DNA from: Scyliorhinus canicula
Lineage: Eukaryota
DNA: 64,000 nt
Assembly (NCBI RefSeq): GCF_902713615.1
Contig: NC_052162.1
Span: 81,817,240-81,881,239, forward strand
Direction of reading: 5' to 3'
Below are positions 1 through 12,338 of this stretch, in pieces (positions within the stretch are counted from its first letter, which is position 1; each line of letters begins with the position of its first letter). The notes under the pieces are model-generated. The model was not told the origin of the DNA. It saw only the letters and a list, made by a program, of their open reading frames with translations, and did not search any database. The translations under genes were made by a program, and so were the position numbers.

Positions 1-99
1 CCACATGCAGTGCATCAATCGCGTTGGCACACAATCCAATAATTTATTTGTAAGACTGGAATCATGAGAAAGAAACTTGATATCCAATTTCCCTCAACC

Positions 100-1040
100 C
101 GACCTTCGCTCTTCCCACAAGAAAAGTTAAGGCACAGCAGGGAAGAGAGAGAGAAGGTGGTAGGGGTCAGCCTGACTAAGGTTCTCGCTGAGCTTTGCGG
201 AACAGGCAACTCAGCTGGCAGGAGAGTAATCGGACAGATCTTGAGTGGACAGAGACGTCGGCAGGCAGCCTGCATCCAGTGAGGAGCGATGAATAACATG
301 GAAACCTGAGGGTCAAGCATTCCTCCATGTTGGAGGCAGCTCATGCAGTCGCTCACTTCCTCCTCTCTCACTCACAGCAGGAAATAATAAAAATAGAATT
401 CAGAATTCTCAGCTGGTACGGGAATTGAACCTGCACTGCTAGCCTTGTTCTGCATCACAAACCAGCTGTCTAGCCCAAAGGCTAAACCAAGAGGACAAAG
501 TCTTGACCAGTGGTCACAGCAGCCCTCAAATAACTGAGAGCTTTGGGAAGGAGGAAGAAAGTGCACCTGTAAAGGTGTTACAACAGTCATTTGCACCCAT
601 TGCCAACACAGAGACACACAGCTCAGTGAGTACTAGATCTAGTTCATATTCTGGTGGTCACTGCACAGGCACATGTCAGCAATAGGAGGAGGGCCAGCCA
701 AACTCACCGACACTTAGAGGACTGCAGGGGAAGTGGTATATGCAACGTCCAAGTCAGATGATAAGCCTCTGATGGGCCCTGCATGGGGTGCTGGGGAATT
801 TGCAAGAGGCGGGGAAATATCAGGCTGAGGTGTCGGAGGCCCTCAACAGAGTGGCATGTGAGTTGGAGGAGTCTGTGCATGCATTGAGACCTCCATGGGG
901 AGAGTGCCAGACAAGTTGGAAAACCAGTTTCTGCTCGAGATGCTTGCAGACCTGCAGCCAATTGCTGTATCCATGGGCAAGCTTTGGCAGTATCTACACA
1001 AGAGGGGTACCTTGGACCACCCTCCAGGTGCCCCTTCTCA
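100..1040 (+). mobile_element. Decayed Harbinger Myb/SANT-coiled-coil gene fragment
   Basis: EKLRHSREEREKVVG (ORF 64..282) resembles the second exon of the Myb-like genes in this window (EKAAHNHRQQGKTGEG, EMLSHNHQERAQIGG). Coiled-coil-like remnant at 790-1000. Confidence 0.45.
375..489 (-). mobile_element. Short tRNA-derived SINE (family B head)
   Basis: Minus strand TGGTTTAGC...GGTTCAATTCCCGTACCAGC matches the head of the SINE at 8846 and includes a B-box-like motif. Confidence 0.7.
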
Positions 1041-1044
1041 AGGA

Positions 1045-1258
1045 GTTAGACAGGCACTGCAGCCTCAAGGCGCCGAGGTCCCAGGTTCGATCCCGGCTCC
1101 GGGGCACTGTCCATGTGGAGTTTGTACATTCACCCCGTGTTTGCATGGGTTTCACGCCCACAACCTAAAAGATGAGCAGACTAGGTGGATTGGCCATGCT
1201 AAATTGCACCTTAATTGGAAAAATGAATTGTGTTATCTAAATTAATAAAAAAGAAAAT
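1045..1258 (+). mobile_element. V-SINE, A-rich tail subfamily (5' damaged)
   Basis: GGTTCGATCCC B-box, V-domain-like body, then AATTGGAAAAATGAATT...AAAAAAGAAAA tail. Confidence 0.85.
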
Positions 1259-1340
1259 CATAACTTACATCAATCGTAATTCACCAGCACAACCACATGT
1301 GAAATCAAAACTTTTTAATTTTACGTATCCAAAGACTTCT

Positions 1341-1737
1341 TGTGGGTTCTCCAGTGAAATCTACAGCGGGAGTGGAGGCAGCCTGCTGACCAGTTTGACA
1401 ATGTCTTGGATGATATTGGTGGGTGTCGTTAGGAGACCTGACGCTGGGAGAGCCCTGCCTTACTTTGACTGCCATGAGGCAGCTGCACACTCTGTAGTCA
1501 CAGAGGATGAAGTTGAAGGGGTCACAGACAAGGGGGATGCCAAGAGGCTGGACACCCTCAGGGAGCCCTGAGTGCATGTCGCAGGGGTATCCAACAGCTA
1601 CTTCTCCTCTCTTTGAGGGCCCCAGTGTGGTACCGGTTAGAGCAGGAAATACATATTGCTGTGTACATATTGTTGTAAATAAAGTTACTTCCTGTTTGAC
1701 TCTTCAAGCTCGTGCTGGATTCTTCGTGTCCCTCACA
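1341..1737 (+). mobile_element. Possible solo LTR
   Basis: TGTGGG...CTCACA ends and AATAAA at about 1678. No TSD found. Confidence 0.3.
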
Positions 1738-2036
1738 AAAGCCTCCTTCTGCACAGTTCGGGTTTTATGATTCTCTCAGCAGCCTGGAATTCATGCCATC
1801 AGGGCCTGATGATTTACTTTCAAAGATGCTGCAACTTTGGTTTCCTGTCTTAACTGTGCTTATCAGCTCATCTGCTTCCTTAACTTCTACAATGTTCTTT
1901 CTCTTTTACGATAATAGGATATTCATTCAAAATCGTGCGTATGTTTTCTGTCTGCGTACACACACACTGGTTCTCTTTTTGGTCTGTAACAGGACCTGAT
2001 CTTCCCTCAGTCATCTTGTTATACTTTATGTATCTA

Positions 2037-2373
2037 GGGGCAGCATGGTAGCACAGTGGTTAGCACTGTTGCTTCGCAACGCCAGGTCCCAGGTTCAATT
2101 CCTGGCTTGGGGCACTGTCTGGACGGAGTATGCACATTCTCCCGTGTCTGCGTGGGTTTCCTCCGGGTGCTCCGGTTTCCTCCCACAGTCCAAAGAGGTG
2201 CAGGTTAGGTGAATTGGTCACGCTAAACTGCCCCGTAGTGTCCAAAGGTTAGTTGGGGTTGCTGAGTTACAGGGATAGGGTGGAGGTGTGGGCTCAGGTA
2301 GGGTGCTCTTTCAGGGGCCAGTGTAGATTCGGTGGGCCAAATGGCCTCCTGTACTGTAAATTCTATGATTCTA
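2037..2373 (+). mobile_element. HE1-type V-SINE with CR1-like tail
   Basis: tRNA head with A/B boxes, GTGGGTTTCCTCCGGGTGCTCCGGTTTCCTCCCACAGTCC V-domain, TTCTATGATTCTA end. Confidence 0.95.
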
Positions 2374-2735
2374 AACATCTCTCCACTTTCTTTGATTTGA
2401 CGTGTCACATTTTTTTCATGCTTTCTCTTTGCTTTCCTACTTTTTTTAATCGCACCGCTGTACTTTCTACACTCCTCTAGGCTTACTGCTCTCTAGATTT
2501 GGGAGATCCACCCTTTTGTATTGTCAGAATTTATTTGTCCTGAACCCTATTCATCTACTCCTTGAATGCCTCCCACTGCTTTGACACATTTTTAACTTCA
2601 AGTCATTTTTTTCCAGTCCCCTTTTGCCAACTCATCTCAGTTCAATAAAATTGGGCCTTCCCCAATTAAAAACACTCACAGCTGGTCTACCTTTGACCTT
2701 TTCCATAATTACACTAAATTGAACTGAGATATCAT

Positions 2736-3368
2736 AGCTGGTATTCTCCGCTCCTCACGCCGGGTGGGAGGACCGCTCTCGCACCTTCCGCGATTCTTCC
2801 CCCCTGCCCCCCCCAAAATGGCGTGTCACATTTTGCAACACGCCGCTCGGAGAATCGCGGGCCGCCGTGAAAAACCTCCGACCCGGATGGGCCGAGCGGC
2901 CTGCCGTTCGCGACCGTTTCACGACGGCGGCAACCACACCTGGTCGCTGCCGTCATGACCATGGCGTGAGATGCCCGTTTGGGGCTTGTGGGAGGCCTAG
3001 AGGGGACTGAGGACCACGACCATGCTCGGGAGGGGACACGCCCGCAATCGGTGCCCACCGATCGTCAGGCCGGCGACTCAATGGGACGCACTCTTTCCCC
3101 TCCGCCGCCCCGCAAGATCAAGCCGCCACATCTTGTGGGGCGGCGGAGGGGAAGACGACAACCGCGCATGCGCGGGTTGGAGCCGGTCAACCTGCGCATG
3201 CACGGCTGACGTCATTAGGCGCGTCGGCCGCATCATTCTCGGCACGCCGGGCCTTGACCTCCTAGCCCCCCGGCGGGGGGAGAATAGGGGGCCAGGAGAG
3301 GCCTCCGACGCTGCCATGAACCTCTCCAGGTTTCACGACGGCGTCGGGCCTTTGGGAGAATTCCGCCC
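2736..3368. mobile_element. Harbinger-type MITE
   Basis: TIRs AGCTGGTATTCTCC / GGAGAATTCCGCCC, CAT TSD on both sides, CpG-rich. Confidence 0.85.
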
Positions 3369-3581
3369 CATCACTGCCAACAAAATGCTTGCCATTGATA
3401 CCATTTTCATCTTTCCAGCTTTTTTCGCTAAATTAAACTCCCTTTTCTTGCTGGCTTGCTGTGCACGTAATAAAGTTCTTCCGAATACATTTTTAAAATT
3501 CTGTATCCTTATGCTTATTGTGCTGAACTTATTTATACTTACAATGCTAAAAGTACTCCGTTAGTGGTCCCTCCCTGCAGT

Positions 3582-3887
3582 CCACCAGCGCGAGAACCTA
3601 AAATCTAGCCAGGACAGTAGGGATTTCAAACATCCTAATACTGAAAATGAAAGTAGGCTTCAATGAAGTTACTGTGAAAAGCCCCTAGTCGCTACATTCC
3701 AGCGCCTGTTCCTGTAACAGCCTTCCCAAACAGGTGCCGGAATGTGGCGACTAGGGGCCTTTCACAGTAACTTCATTGAAGCCTACTCATGACAATAAGC
3801 GATTTTCATTTCATTTTTTCATTTTCAGTATTAGGATGTTTGAAATCCCTACTGTCCTGGCTGAATTTTAGGTTCTCGCGCTGGTGG
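3582..3887. repeat. Foldback inverted duplication of a SINE tail plus its flank
   Basis: Left arm 3582-3710 is the reverse complement of 3729-3887, apart from a few mismatches and a ~30-nt gap. Confidence 0.95.
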
Positions 3888-4224
3888 GTTTGCAGACATG
3901 GAGGGCCCATAAAGATTCCAAGGTGACCTTTTCACCACCCTTCCATCCACCCTGACCACTCCACAATTGTACAGCAGAACACGCGAGGCTCCCCGTCAAG
4001 CCCCCCACACCCCTTTCCTCACCACCCATGGACCTTTCCTCCCTGCAGTCAGAAACCTCACACTTACCTGGTCCTGGAGTCCAGGACTTAGAATCTGGGA
4101 GTGCTTGTTGCCCCAATCTCGGCCACTGGGACTACTGAGCTGTCGACCAGTCAGATTGGCTGGCAGATGCTTGGAGGGATGCATCCCTCAAAGCTGGTAC
4201 AACAGAGGGAAAAACATTCAAATA

Positions 4225-4560
4225 ATCCATTCACATCCTGCATCATGCATATTCATCCATTCCATGCTCTCTAACCTGAGAGACACCACCCGAACATATG
4301 ATAGGAAGTAGCTTTTGTGTAGAACTGGCCATTTTAAGCCAGCACCACCAGTTAAAAGTATATTAGAGTGAAAACAAATGAAAATTGCAGAGCGACAAGG
4401 CAGAACAACTTTGACCAATAAACATATGCAAAGGAACCACAATTTGAGGTTGGAGATTGTGTTTGGATCAAATAGCCAAATTGTGACCACAAACCTGTAT
4501 CATGTCCAACAGGTCCAAAACAGCTGTGGTGCTCAGTACCAATGCTTATCCTTTGGTAGG
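4225..4560 (+). mobile_element. Gypsy integrase C-terminal remnant
   Basis: AKEPQFEVGDCVWIK motif typical of post-integrase (GPY/F-region) sequence. Frameshifted. Confidence 0.4.
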
Positions 4561-4729
4561 GGTACATTCCTGTTGACTGGGCAGGAAACCCCACCCGCTG
4601 AAAAATCCAGCTGCCCAATGTTTCTGTGCTTTTCAGCCTTTGTTTTATTTGTTCATGAGCTGTGAGCATTGCTGGCAAGGACAGCAGGTATTGCCCATCC
4701 CTAATTGACTTTGAGAAGGAGGTGGTGAA

Positions 4730-5346
4730 TGTGAAGGGGAATGTGTTTATCAGACTGCTAATGCACTGTGGTTTGGCTAGAGGAAGCCCCTGGGTAATTA
4801 ATGCATTTTCAGCTAGGAGAGGTAATTTATTTTTTCAGCTTGGGGAGATGATGTCATTGCTCGGTGGAGCCAATTGATTCAGAGAGATTTTGGGAAAGAT
4901 TTGGGTAGGAATTGAAGTGTGATCTGTCTGACTGAGTCCACAATTCACTCACAGTAGGATAGCTGTAAAAATAAAAATAATATTTAAAGCAAAGCAGTCT
5001 TGTCTGAGGACAAGGAAGAAGCTGAAACATGCCAAGTGAACCAGCTTTTTGATGACATCTAGCCAGAGTCTGCAAGGATTCTAACCAGAGCCCAAATCTG
5101 TTCTATAAAGCAATTGTTATTCTATGCCATGCTGATTTTAGGATGGATTGAGAGCTGCCTGTTTCTTTTCTTGGTGTTTAATGAGGAATTGAATAGTAGT
5201 GTTTAAGGGTTGATTGTAAGCTGTTCTTTTCAGATACGAAGTTAAAAGTTTAATATTATATTCAGAATAAAGTTTTGTTTGAAAAATATCAAATCACTAA
5301 TTCTTCATGCAACCCCCACTGTTGGGGTCCAGTCTGGGATCATAGC
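4730..5346 (+). mobile_element. Probable solo LTR
   Basis: Starts with TGTGA, AATAAA at about 5266, U5-like end. Abuts a LINE 3' tail (4650-4728, minus). No clean TSD. Confidence 0.45.
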
Positions 5347-5349
5347 CTG

Positions 5350-8030
5350 GCATAACTGATCGATGTAGAGAATAAGCTTTTTACCATTGAGATACATGTG
5401 CTAATATTCACACTAGTAGATTTAAAATAGTGTTTTCTACTCTGTTCGTGTTCAGTTTGCGACAACAGGCATGACGCATTAGTGGTTGGTCATTCACTCC
5501 TTTTGATGTACTCTATGACAGTACAGCTACAATTGTATTCCCTGATACATCTGTTGTGATATACGTTTCGGCATGTAGGCTGAAATGTGTGAAAACTGAT
5601 GAAGAGGCTGTCTTCGTTTTTAAAGTTCCAAACGCTGCTTGCCGTGTGATTGCCTATTCCTATCATGCATCTTTGTACAGTAGCTTCCAAAGAAGCTCAG
5701 TGATCTCTGTGTACATAGGAATGAATTTGTGATAAATGGTGGTGGTACTGAGGAACAATGCCAACTCTTTCACGATAGTGTTAGAAGCACTAAATGGCTT
5801 TGCCGTTGTCATGTGTTGGCTTTACTTCAGCTGTTGTCACTCTGCATCTGAGAAAATAAATCCCCTCCAGGCCACACACCAACTTGGCTTAGAAATATTT
5901 TGCTGTTCCTTCACTGTCCGTGGATTAAAATCATGAAACACCTTCCCTAACAGAACTGCGGGTGTACCTACACCACATGGACTGCAGCAGTTCCAGAAGG
6001 TAGTTCATCGCCAACTTCTCAAGGGCAATTAGGGATGGGCAATAGCCAGTGAGGCCTACACTTTGTAAATTAATTTTTTAAAATAGTATCTGAAGATAGC
6101 TCAGTTGCATATTGAGCTTTGTCAAGGCTTTGGAGTCATGAACAGTGTGACCGACCATGCCAACTGTCCCATGTCCTGGCTAGCACGCATCCAGGATGCT
6201 GTTTTTCCACATAATTTGGGCCTTCAAATCTCAGATGCACAGTAACCGCTCTCCTCCAATTTTCACCCTCACACGGTGTGAAATAACGCTGTCACATCTT
6301 GGATTGTAGGAAATTGTCATATATCAGAGAATACATCCCTGCTGGTGAAGCATCACATGACCTGTAGTGACATCAGCAGAGAGTGTTGTGCAGGCTTGAG
6401 TATGCCATCTTAGATTTTACAAGCAAGATCCCTAATAAAACATCTCATTGTGTTTTTAAGAATCCAAGTGTATGGCACCTCCATGCCTTTTCTCTTTGCG
6501 ATAAACTCAGAGATATAACAGAAGTGGATACATGTCTGGAATTATTACTTTATTGATTGCCGAAAAGTCAATGCATAGTCTAGGTTCACCATTTTTATGT
6601 TGTTTATGACTAGATTTGAAACCCATGAGAATGAGTCAATTTGCTCAGTTTTATTGTCTGCCTCCAAGTATTTCAGCTCCTGTAACAATTAAGCATGGAT
6701 TGTAAACAGCAACTATCTCAAATTTTGTGAAACTGGTGGAACTGATGTATCAATGCAAGGAGCATAACAATACCTGTCTTATCGCCAAATAGATAAGGAA
6801 GGATACTACGGTGCAATGTCAACACCATTAGTCACATTAATGGGCTCTGGTGGGATCCTTCTGTTTGAATCCAAACCTAGTGAAAACACATAGAAACCTT
6901 TAGGGTGACATTTTGTAGTTGACCTAAAATTGGAACGATCAAGACACCATAAGCTTGAAGAATGTCTGTTGCAGGAATGGGAGAGAATTATGAAAAATAT
7001 GATGGTCGGGTTTGCCATTCAGTATAGATACCAAGTGACACTGACGTATCGCAATCTCAACTGAGTACTCCCTAAAGTGACCTTTTCTGATGGTATATAC
7101 ATGTCATTTCTCACTCACAAGGAGCCTACCATGTGTCTTTGTCTGTATTAATAGCCTGCACATCTTTACAGAATATTTCCCCTTCAAACATTAATTGCCT
7201 TTTTCCCTTGAGCTGAGCACGGCATTGTGACTCGATGAGCATTTCCACAGTTTGGGCACTGCTTTGAAGATATGTGATCGTGATGGGGCATGTGTCAATG
7301 AGATTGCTGAGACTTCCTTGTCCATAACTATTGTACTTGAACTGGTTGGGCACGTTGCAGCTGCAACCTTAAGTCTGAGAGAACACTGATGTGTAACTTA
7401 TTCAAATCTAACATGGCAGATTCAATTTGGACTGCCAATATTGTGTTTTTTTTCCCAACATTCAATTATTATCTCGATGAGATGTTCCCTAATTCATGGA
7501 ATTAAAGTCTTTTCAATTAATTAGTGCTAAGTTAGATCATTGGTTGGTATATCGAATTTAGTAATAGCCAATTTGCACAATGCTGCCATATATTGTTTGA
7601 TGTGCTCGCCATTTCCCTGACATCCCTGATGGAATGCGTATTGTTTGATCATCACATTTTTCTTTGACCTGAAGTATTTTTGAGAGCACTTACTGTCATA
7701 TCAAATGTAAACATATCTCCTGAGATGCTTGAATATTAACTGGCATCCTGTTCTGAGGTAATGTACAAGTATTGCATGCTTACAAATCAATGTTATATTC
7801 GCACTATCCATCCCTATAGCAATGAAGTCGGTCTTGAACCCAAAAGTCCACCATAACATGGGAGGATCTCCCCGTGATGAAAGAAATAGTTCTGCAGATG
7901 GTAAAATTAATTCAACTTTTCTCAACAATTCTTGTCACCAAGGTTTTTACGTATTTGCTGAGTACTGTATATTTTATGTGTCCAGTGTATCTCAGAGTAA
8001 TGTAGATTTTTATCCTCGAATTTAGTAGTA
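5350..8030 (-). mobile_element. Old Mag-like Gypsy LTR retrotransposon (gag, RT, RNase H), heavily decayed
   Basis: Minus strand: PBS-like TGGTGACAAGAA (7940-7929); gag-like RGDPPMLWW...KHAILVHYL and YAFHQGCQGNGEHIKQYMAALCKLA; RT SWVSNLV...KNGEPRLCIDFSAINKVIIPDMYP; RNase H KFIPMYTEITE...AAFGTLK...TTDVSGNTIVAVLS. Confidence 0.8.
5905..6075 (+). mobile_element. 3' end of the single-ORF APE-RT LINE family
   Basis: CTCAAGGGCAATTAGGGATGGGCAAT tail, also seen at 4650-4728 and in the SINE at 11490-11680. Confidence 0.7.
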
Positions 8031-8035
8031 GCCAA

Positions 8036-8160
8036 TTTTTATTAGTGTCACAAATAGGCTTACATTAGCACTCCAATGAAGTTACCGTGAAAATCCCCTA
8101 GTCACCACACTACGGCACCTGTTTGGGTTTACTGTACTTTAAAATGTCCCAGAATGTCCA
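8036..8160 (-). mobile_element. SINE 3' tail fragment (GACTAGGGG...GCCTACTTGTGACA type)
   Basis: Homologous to the tails at 8930-9030 and 53752-53880. Confidence 0.75.
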
Positions 8161-8402
8161 TGCACATACATGGGGTGGAATTTTCCTGAAATTCAGCAAA
8201 GGCTGATATTGGGCAGGTAAAGTTGCATTGAAGTCACTGACAGCCACAGTGGCTTGTTCCGCAATATAGTGCTAGTCATAGAAATGAATTTCACGGAGCA
8301 GGTCCCCCAATGTAACACTGGCGAGGTGGCCTCTGATTCACGCACCCCGCCAAAACCCTAGACCCTCGGATTTTTAAAGACAGGGATTTTCTGATGCGGG
8401 GT

Positions 8403-8435
<33 letters not shown>

Positions 8436-8845
8436 AGAATGATTCAGTTGCAAAGGCCCAATAATTAAATGTTCTGGTATTCAAATGATGTTTCTGACAT
8501 TGAACCTCAGGAAATGCGCTATGCCACTAATGCTGGAGGGAACAGTCGCATTACACGTTTACATGGGCATGAAACACGATTTGGGAGTTACTGCAAGATT
8601 CTCTGCTCCTGTTGCCGAACCTGCCCAACAAAAAGCGGGATCGGAAAATCCTGGCCATGCTGTCAGCCAGAGCCCAGGTGCTTTTTGGAATCTTCTCAGT
8701 TTGCTTGGCTCCCTAGCTCCTCCCACAGGCCGAAGCAGGAACAGTTACATCGATCAGAATACCAACCAACACAATCAAACACAGATCAATCAAACTATTG
8801 AATCATGAGCTGATTGGCCTCAAATAGCAACATCCATCTTCCATT

Positions 8846-9032
8846 GCTGGTTTAGCACAGGGCTAAAGAGCTGGCTTTTGAAGCAGACCAAGACAGGCCA
8901 GCAGCATGGTTCAATTCCCGTACCAGCCTCCCCGAACAGGCGCCGGAATGTGGTGACTAGGGGCTTTTCACAGTAACTTTATGTGAAGCCTACTTGTGAC
9001 AATAAGCGATTTTCATTTCATTTCATTTCATT
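8846..9032 (+). mobile_element. tRNA-derived SINE family B, full length
   Basis: GGTTCAATTCCC B-box, GACTAGGGGCTTTTCACAGTAAC tail, (TTTCA)n end, possible CATTG TSD. Confidence 0.9.
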
Positions 9033-10718
9033 GTGCTAGGTCTGACTTCACCCACTGGAGACCTATCCACCAATTTCCATTGACCAATTTTGCTAGGATT
9101 CTTTGATGCCATCCTTAGTCAAATGGTGTATCAATATCCAGGGCAACACCGTCATCTTTGGAACTCAGCTCTTTTGTTCATGTTTTGACCAAGTTCTGGT
9201 GCTGAGTGTCCCTGACAAAACTCAGACAAAGTATCAATGAATAGGTTGGTGCTTTGCCTGTGCCACTTGATAGCACTCTCAACAATAACGTCCATCACTT
9301 TCTGATGATTGGGATTACACCGATGAAGTGTTTATTGCCAGATTCGATTTATCTTGTTTATTGTGGTCAGGCATGATGGCACAATTTGTTACATCGCCAG
9401 GTCGATGCCATTGTTGTAGCTGTACTTGAACACCTTTGCTAAGGCCGCAATTAGTTCCGGAATACAAGTCTTCAGTGTTGCAGCTGAAATGCTGTTAGAG
9501 TCCATGGCATTTGCTGTGCCTAGTGCCTTCAGCCATTTCTGGATGTCATGTGGAGTGAATTGAATTGTCTGGCATCTGAGATGGTGAGGACCATCGGAGG
9601 AGGCCAAGATGAATCAGCTGCTTGCCACATCTGGCTGTAGATCGTTGAAAATACTTTTGTCTTTTGCACTGACATGATGGGATCTTCCATCATTTAGGAT
9701 GGGCGTGTTTTTAGATCATCCTCCTCTGGTTCGTTGGTTAATTGTCCACCACCATTGTGTATGTCTGCAGAACTTTGTTCTGATCCGTTGATTGCCAGAA
9801 AGGTTAGCTCAACCTATAGCATGCTGCTTCCACTGCTTTGTATGGATACAGTCCTGTGTTAAGCTTTTTCTGATTGACACCTCATTTTTAGGTATGCCTG
9901 CTGTTGCTCATGGCATGCCCTCATGCACCCTTCGTTGAACCAGGGTTGGCACATGGCTTGGTAGTAATGGTAGAGCTAGAGATAAACTGGCCTAAGAGGT
10001 TGCAGGTGGGGTTCAATAAAATTTTGCTGCTCATGATAGCTCAGTGCCTCATAAATACCCTGTGTTGCGTTCTGTGTCTTTTTCATTTTGCTTGGCGCTT
10101 GTTCCACAAAACGCGATAGAGGTTATTCTCAATGCGCAGGCGGGACTTTGTCTCCACAAGCACTGTGAACTGGGAACTCTACAAATAATGCAAATAATAC
10201 TGTTAAGGATGGATGAATCTGTGCGAGGTAGATTGGTGAGGACGAGACCAAGTCGGTTCTTCTTTCTTGTTGATTCTTTCACCACCTGCCACAGGCCCAA
10301 TCTGATAGTTATGCCCTTCGGGAGTCAAGAGCCGTGCACAGAGTTACACTTGGTGATAAACATTGAGGTCCCAATCTGGAGCAACTTCATCAACACTTCT
10401 TCCAAGTACTGATTCATCAGCTAAGCGAGGGCAGTTGGTTTTAATTAGCAGGAGATTTCCTTGCCCATGTTTACCCTAATGCCATAAGACTCCATGAGCT
10501 CTGGAGTCAATGTTGAAAACCCCCACGGCCGCACTCTCCTGACTGTATATCATGGTATCACCACCTCTGCTGGATCTGTCCTGCCGATGGAAATCTTAAT
10601 TGACATGTCTGGACATTGGCCTTAAGCTGTTGCTTGACTAGCCCATGGGAAACCTTTCGCAATTTTGGCACATGTCTCAAATGTTTGTGCAGTGTCAACT
10701 GGACTTTGTGTGACGTTA

Positions 10719-11052
10719 CGGTACGGTAGCACAGTGGTAGCACAGTTGCTTCACAGCTCCAGGGTCCCAAGTTCGATTCCTGGCTTGGGTCACTGTCTGT
10801 GCAGAGTCTGCACTTTGTCCCCGTGTCTGCGTGGGTTTCCTCCGGGTGCTCCGTTTTCCTCCCACAGTCCAAAGATGTGCAGGTCAGGTAGATTGGCCAT
10901 GCTAAATTGCCCTTAGTGTCCAAAAAGGTTATGTGGGGTCACTGGGTTACGGAGATAGGGTGGAGGAGTGGGGCTTAAGTGGTTGCTCTTTCCAAGGGCC
11001 GTGCAGATCCGATGGCCGAATGGCCTCCTTCTGCACTGTAAATTCTATGATT
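10719..11052 (+). mobile_element. HE1-type V-SINE
   Basis: Same head, V-domain and TTCTATGA tail as 2037-2373. Confidence 0.95.
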
Positions 11053-11489
11053 TATCATTTCCGGTGCCTGGGTGAATGATTGGCGATCTGCCCAATACTA
11101 TTCATACTTGACTTTTCTGGAGTGGGTTGATGCAACTGAATGGCTTGCTAAGCCATAGCAGAGGGCAGTTAAGAGCCAACTATATTGCTGTGGGTTTGGA
11201 GTAACATGTAGTCCAGACCAGGTAAGAGCAGCAAATTTCCTTCCCTGAAAGTAGTTAGTGAATCAGCTGGAGATTTATAACAATCCGGTAATTTCCTGAT
11301 CATTATTACTGAGGCTAGCTTTGCTTTCAGATTTCTTAATTAATTATATTTAAATTCCTCTCCTCCTCCACCATGCCCCCCCCCCCCCCCCCCCCCCCCT
11401 CCATCCCAGCAGTGTGACTGCTTGTTGCTTGTTGCTCAGTTCAATGTATTTGAAGTCATTAGATAATTCTCCTCACAGGGGGAAATCAT

Positions 11490-11680
11490 GATGTTCTGGT
11501 AATGTCATTCGACGAGTAATCCATGGGCCACTGCAATTCAAGTAAATTCAATTAATGAAAATATAGAATTGAACTTCCCTCTGGAATGGCATCGTAAGCC
11601 ACCCAGTTTAAGGGCAATGAGAAATAAGCAACTAACGCTGGCCTTGCCAGCATTGCCACATCCCATGAAGGAACAATCAT
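11490..11680 (+). mobile_element. Internally deleted tRNA-SINE (family M) with LINE-type tail
   Basis: GGTAATGTCA...AGTAATCC head, then AAGCCACCCAGTT joined to AAGGGCAAT...GCTGGCCTTGCCAGC tail. Confidence 0.7.
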
Positions 11681-12000
11681 TTTTTTAAATCATCCCTCCT
11701 CGCCGCTGTAATTATTTCTTCACAATCCAGCTACATCCTGCACAGCCTCATGCCACTTAGGGACCGCTTTGCCAGTGTATTAGTAATTAAAGTTAGCTGG
11801 CACAAACCATCATCACTGTATTTGCAACTAACTGTTGGAAAAGATCATTATTTTGGCCCTTCTTTTTGTTCAAAGTAATGACGAGTATGATCTCAGTTCT
11901 GAATTAATTTCTGCCGCTGGTTTAACTTTTTTGGAAGCAAATTATGGTCGGAGAAATTGCCCCTGTCCTTGACAAAATGATCAGAAAGTGAGGATCTTTG

Positions 12001-12338
12001 TAGAATCAGAGAATTTACAGTGCAGAAGAAGGCCATTTGGCCCATCGAGTCTGCACCGGCTCTTGGAAAGAGCACCCTACCCAAGCCCACATCTCCTCCC
12101 TATCCCCATAACCCAGTTACCCCACCCAACACTAAGGGCAATTTTGAACACTGAGGACAATTTAGCCAATCCACCTAACCTGCACATCTTTGGACTGTGG
12201 GAGGAAACCGGAGCACCCGGAGGAAACACACGCACACACGGGGAGAACGTGCAGACTCTGCACAGACAGTGACCCAAGCCGGGAATCGAACCTGGGACCC
12301 TGGAGCAATTATGCTAACCACTATGCTACCGTGCTGCC
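12001..12338 (-). mobile_element. HE1-type V-SINE (subfamily with internal ~20-bp duplication)
   Basis: Reverse complement of HE1, CTTTGTA TSD, duplicated AAATTGCCCTTAGTGT segment as in 17913-18260. Confidence 0.95.

Larger units (their letters stand above)
1740..3560 (-). mobile_element. Old CR1 LINE ORF2 fragment, interrupted by a SINE and a MITE
   Basis: Minus-strand KSSGPDGMNSRLLRE at about 1770-1815 (KSPGPDG motif). Endonuclease/tether remnant at 2600-2735. Confidence 0.55.
8795..11376 (-). mobile_element. Decayed LINE (CR1-group-like), single APE-RT ORF, with 5' region
   Basis: APE motifs RQDRSSRGG, QVVKESTRKKNRLGLVLTNLP; RT-proximal FTPHDIQKWLKAL...LKTCIPELIAALAKVFKYSYNNGI. No room for an ORF1 between 11120 and the APE start at about 10690 once the inserted SINE is removed. 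Confidence 0.8.

Noticed and set aside
2037-2115. tRNA-like sequences at SINE 5' ends
   Set aside because: They are SINE heads continuing into V-domain bodies, not tRNA genes.
8398-8434. Long G/C homopolymers (also about 11376, 28228, 38041, 48343, 53288, 63837) as G-quadruplex elements
   Set aside because: They lie in or next to repeats, consistent with slippage, and their lengths may be sequencing artefacts.
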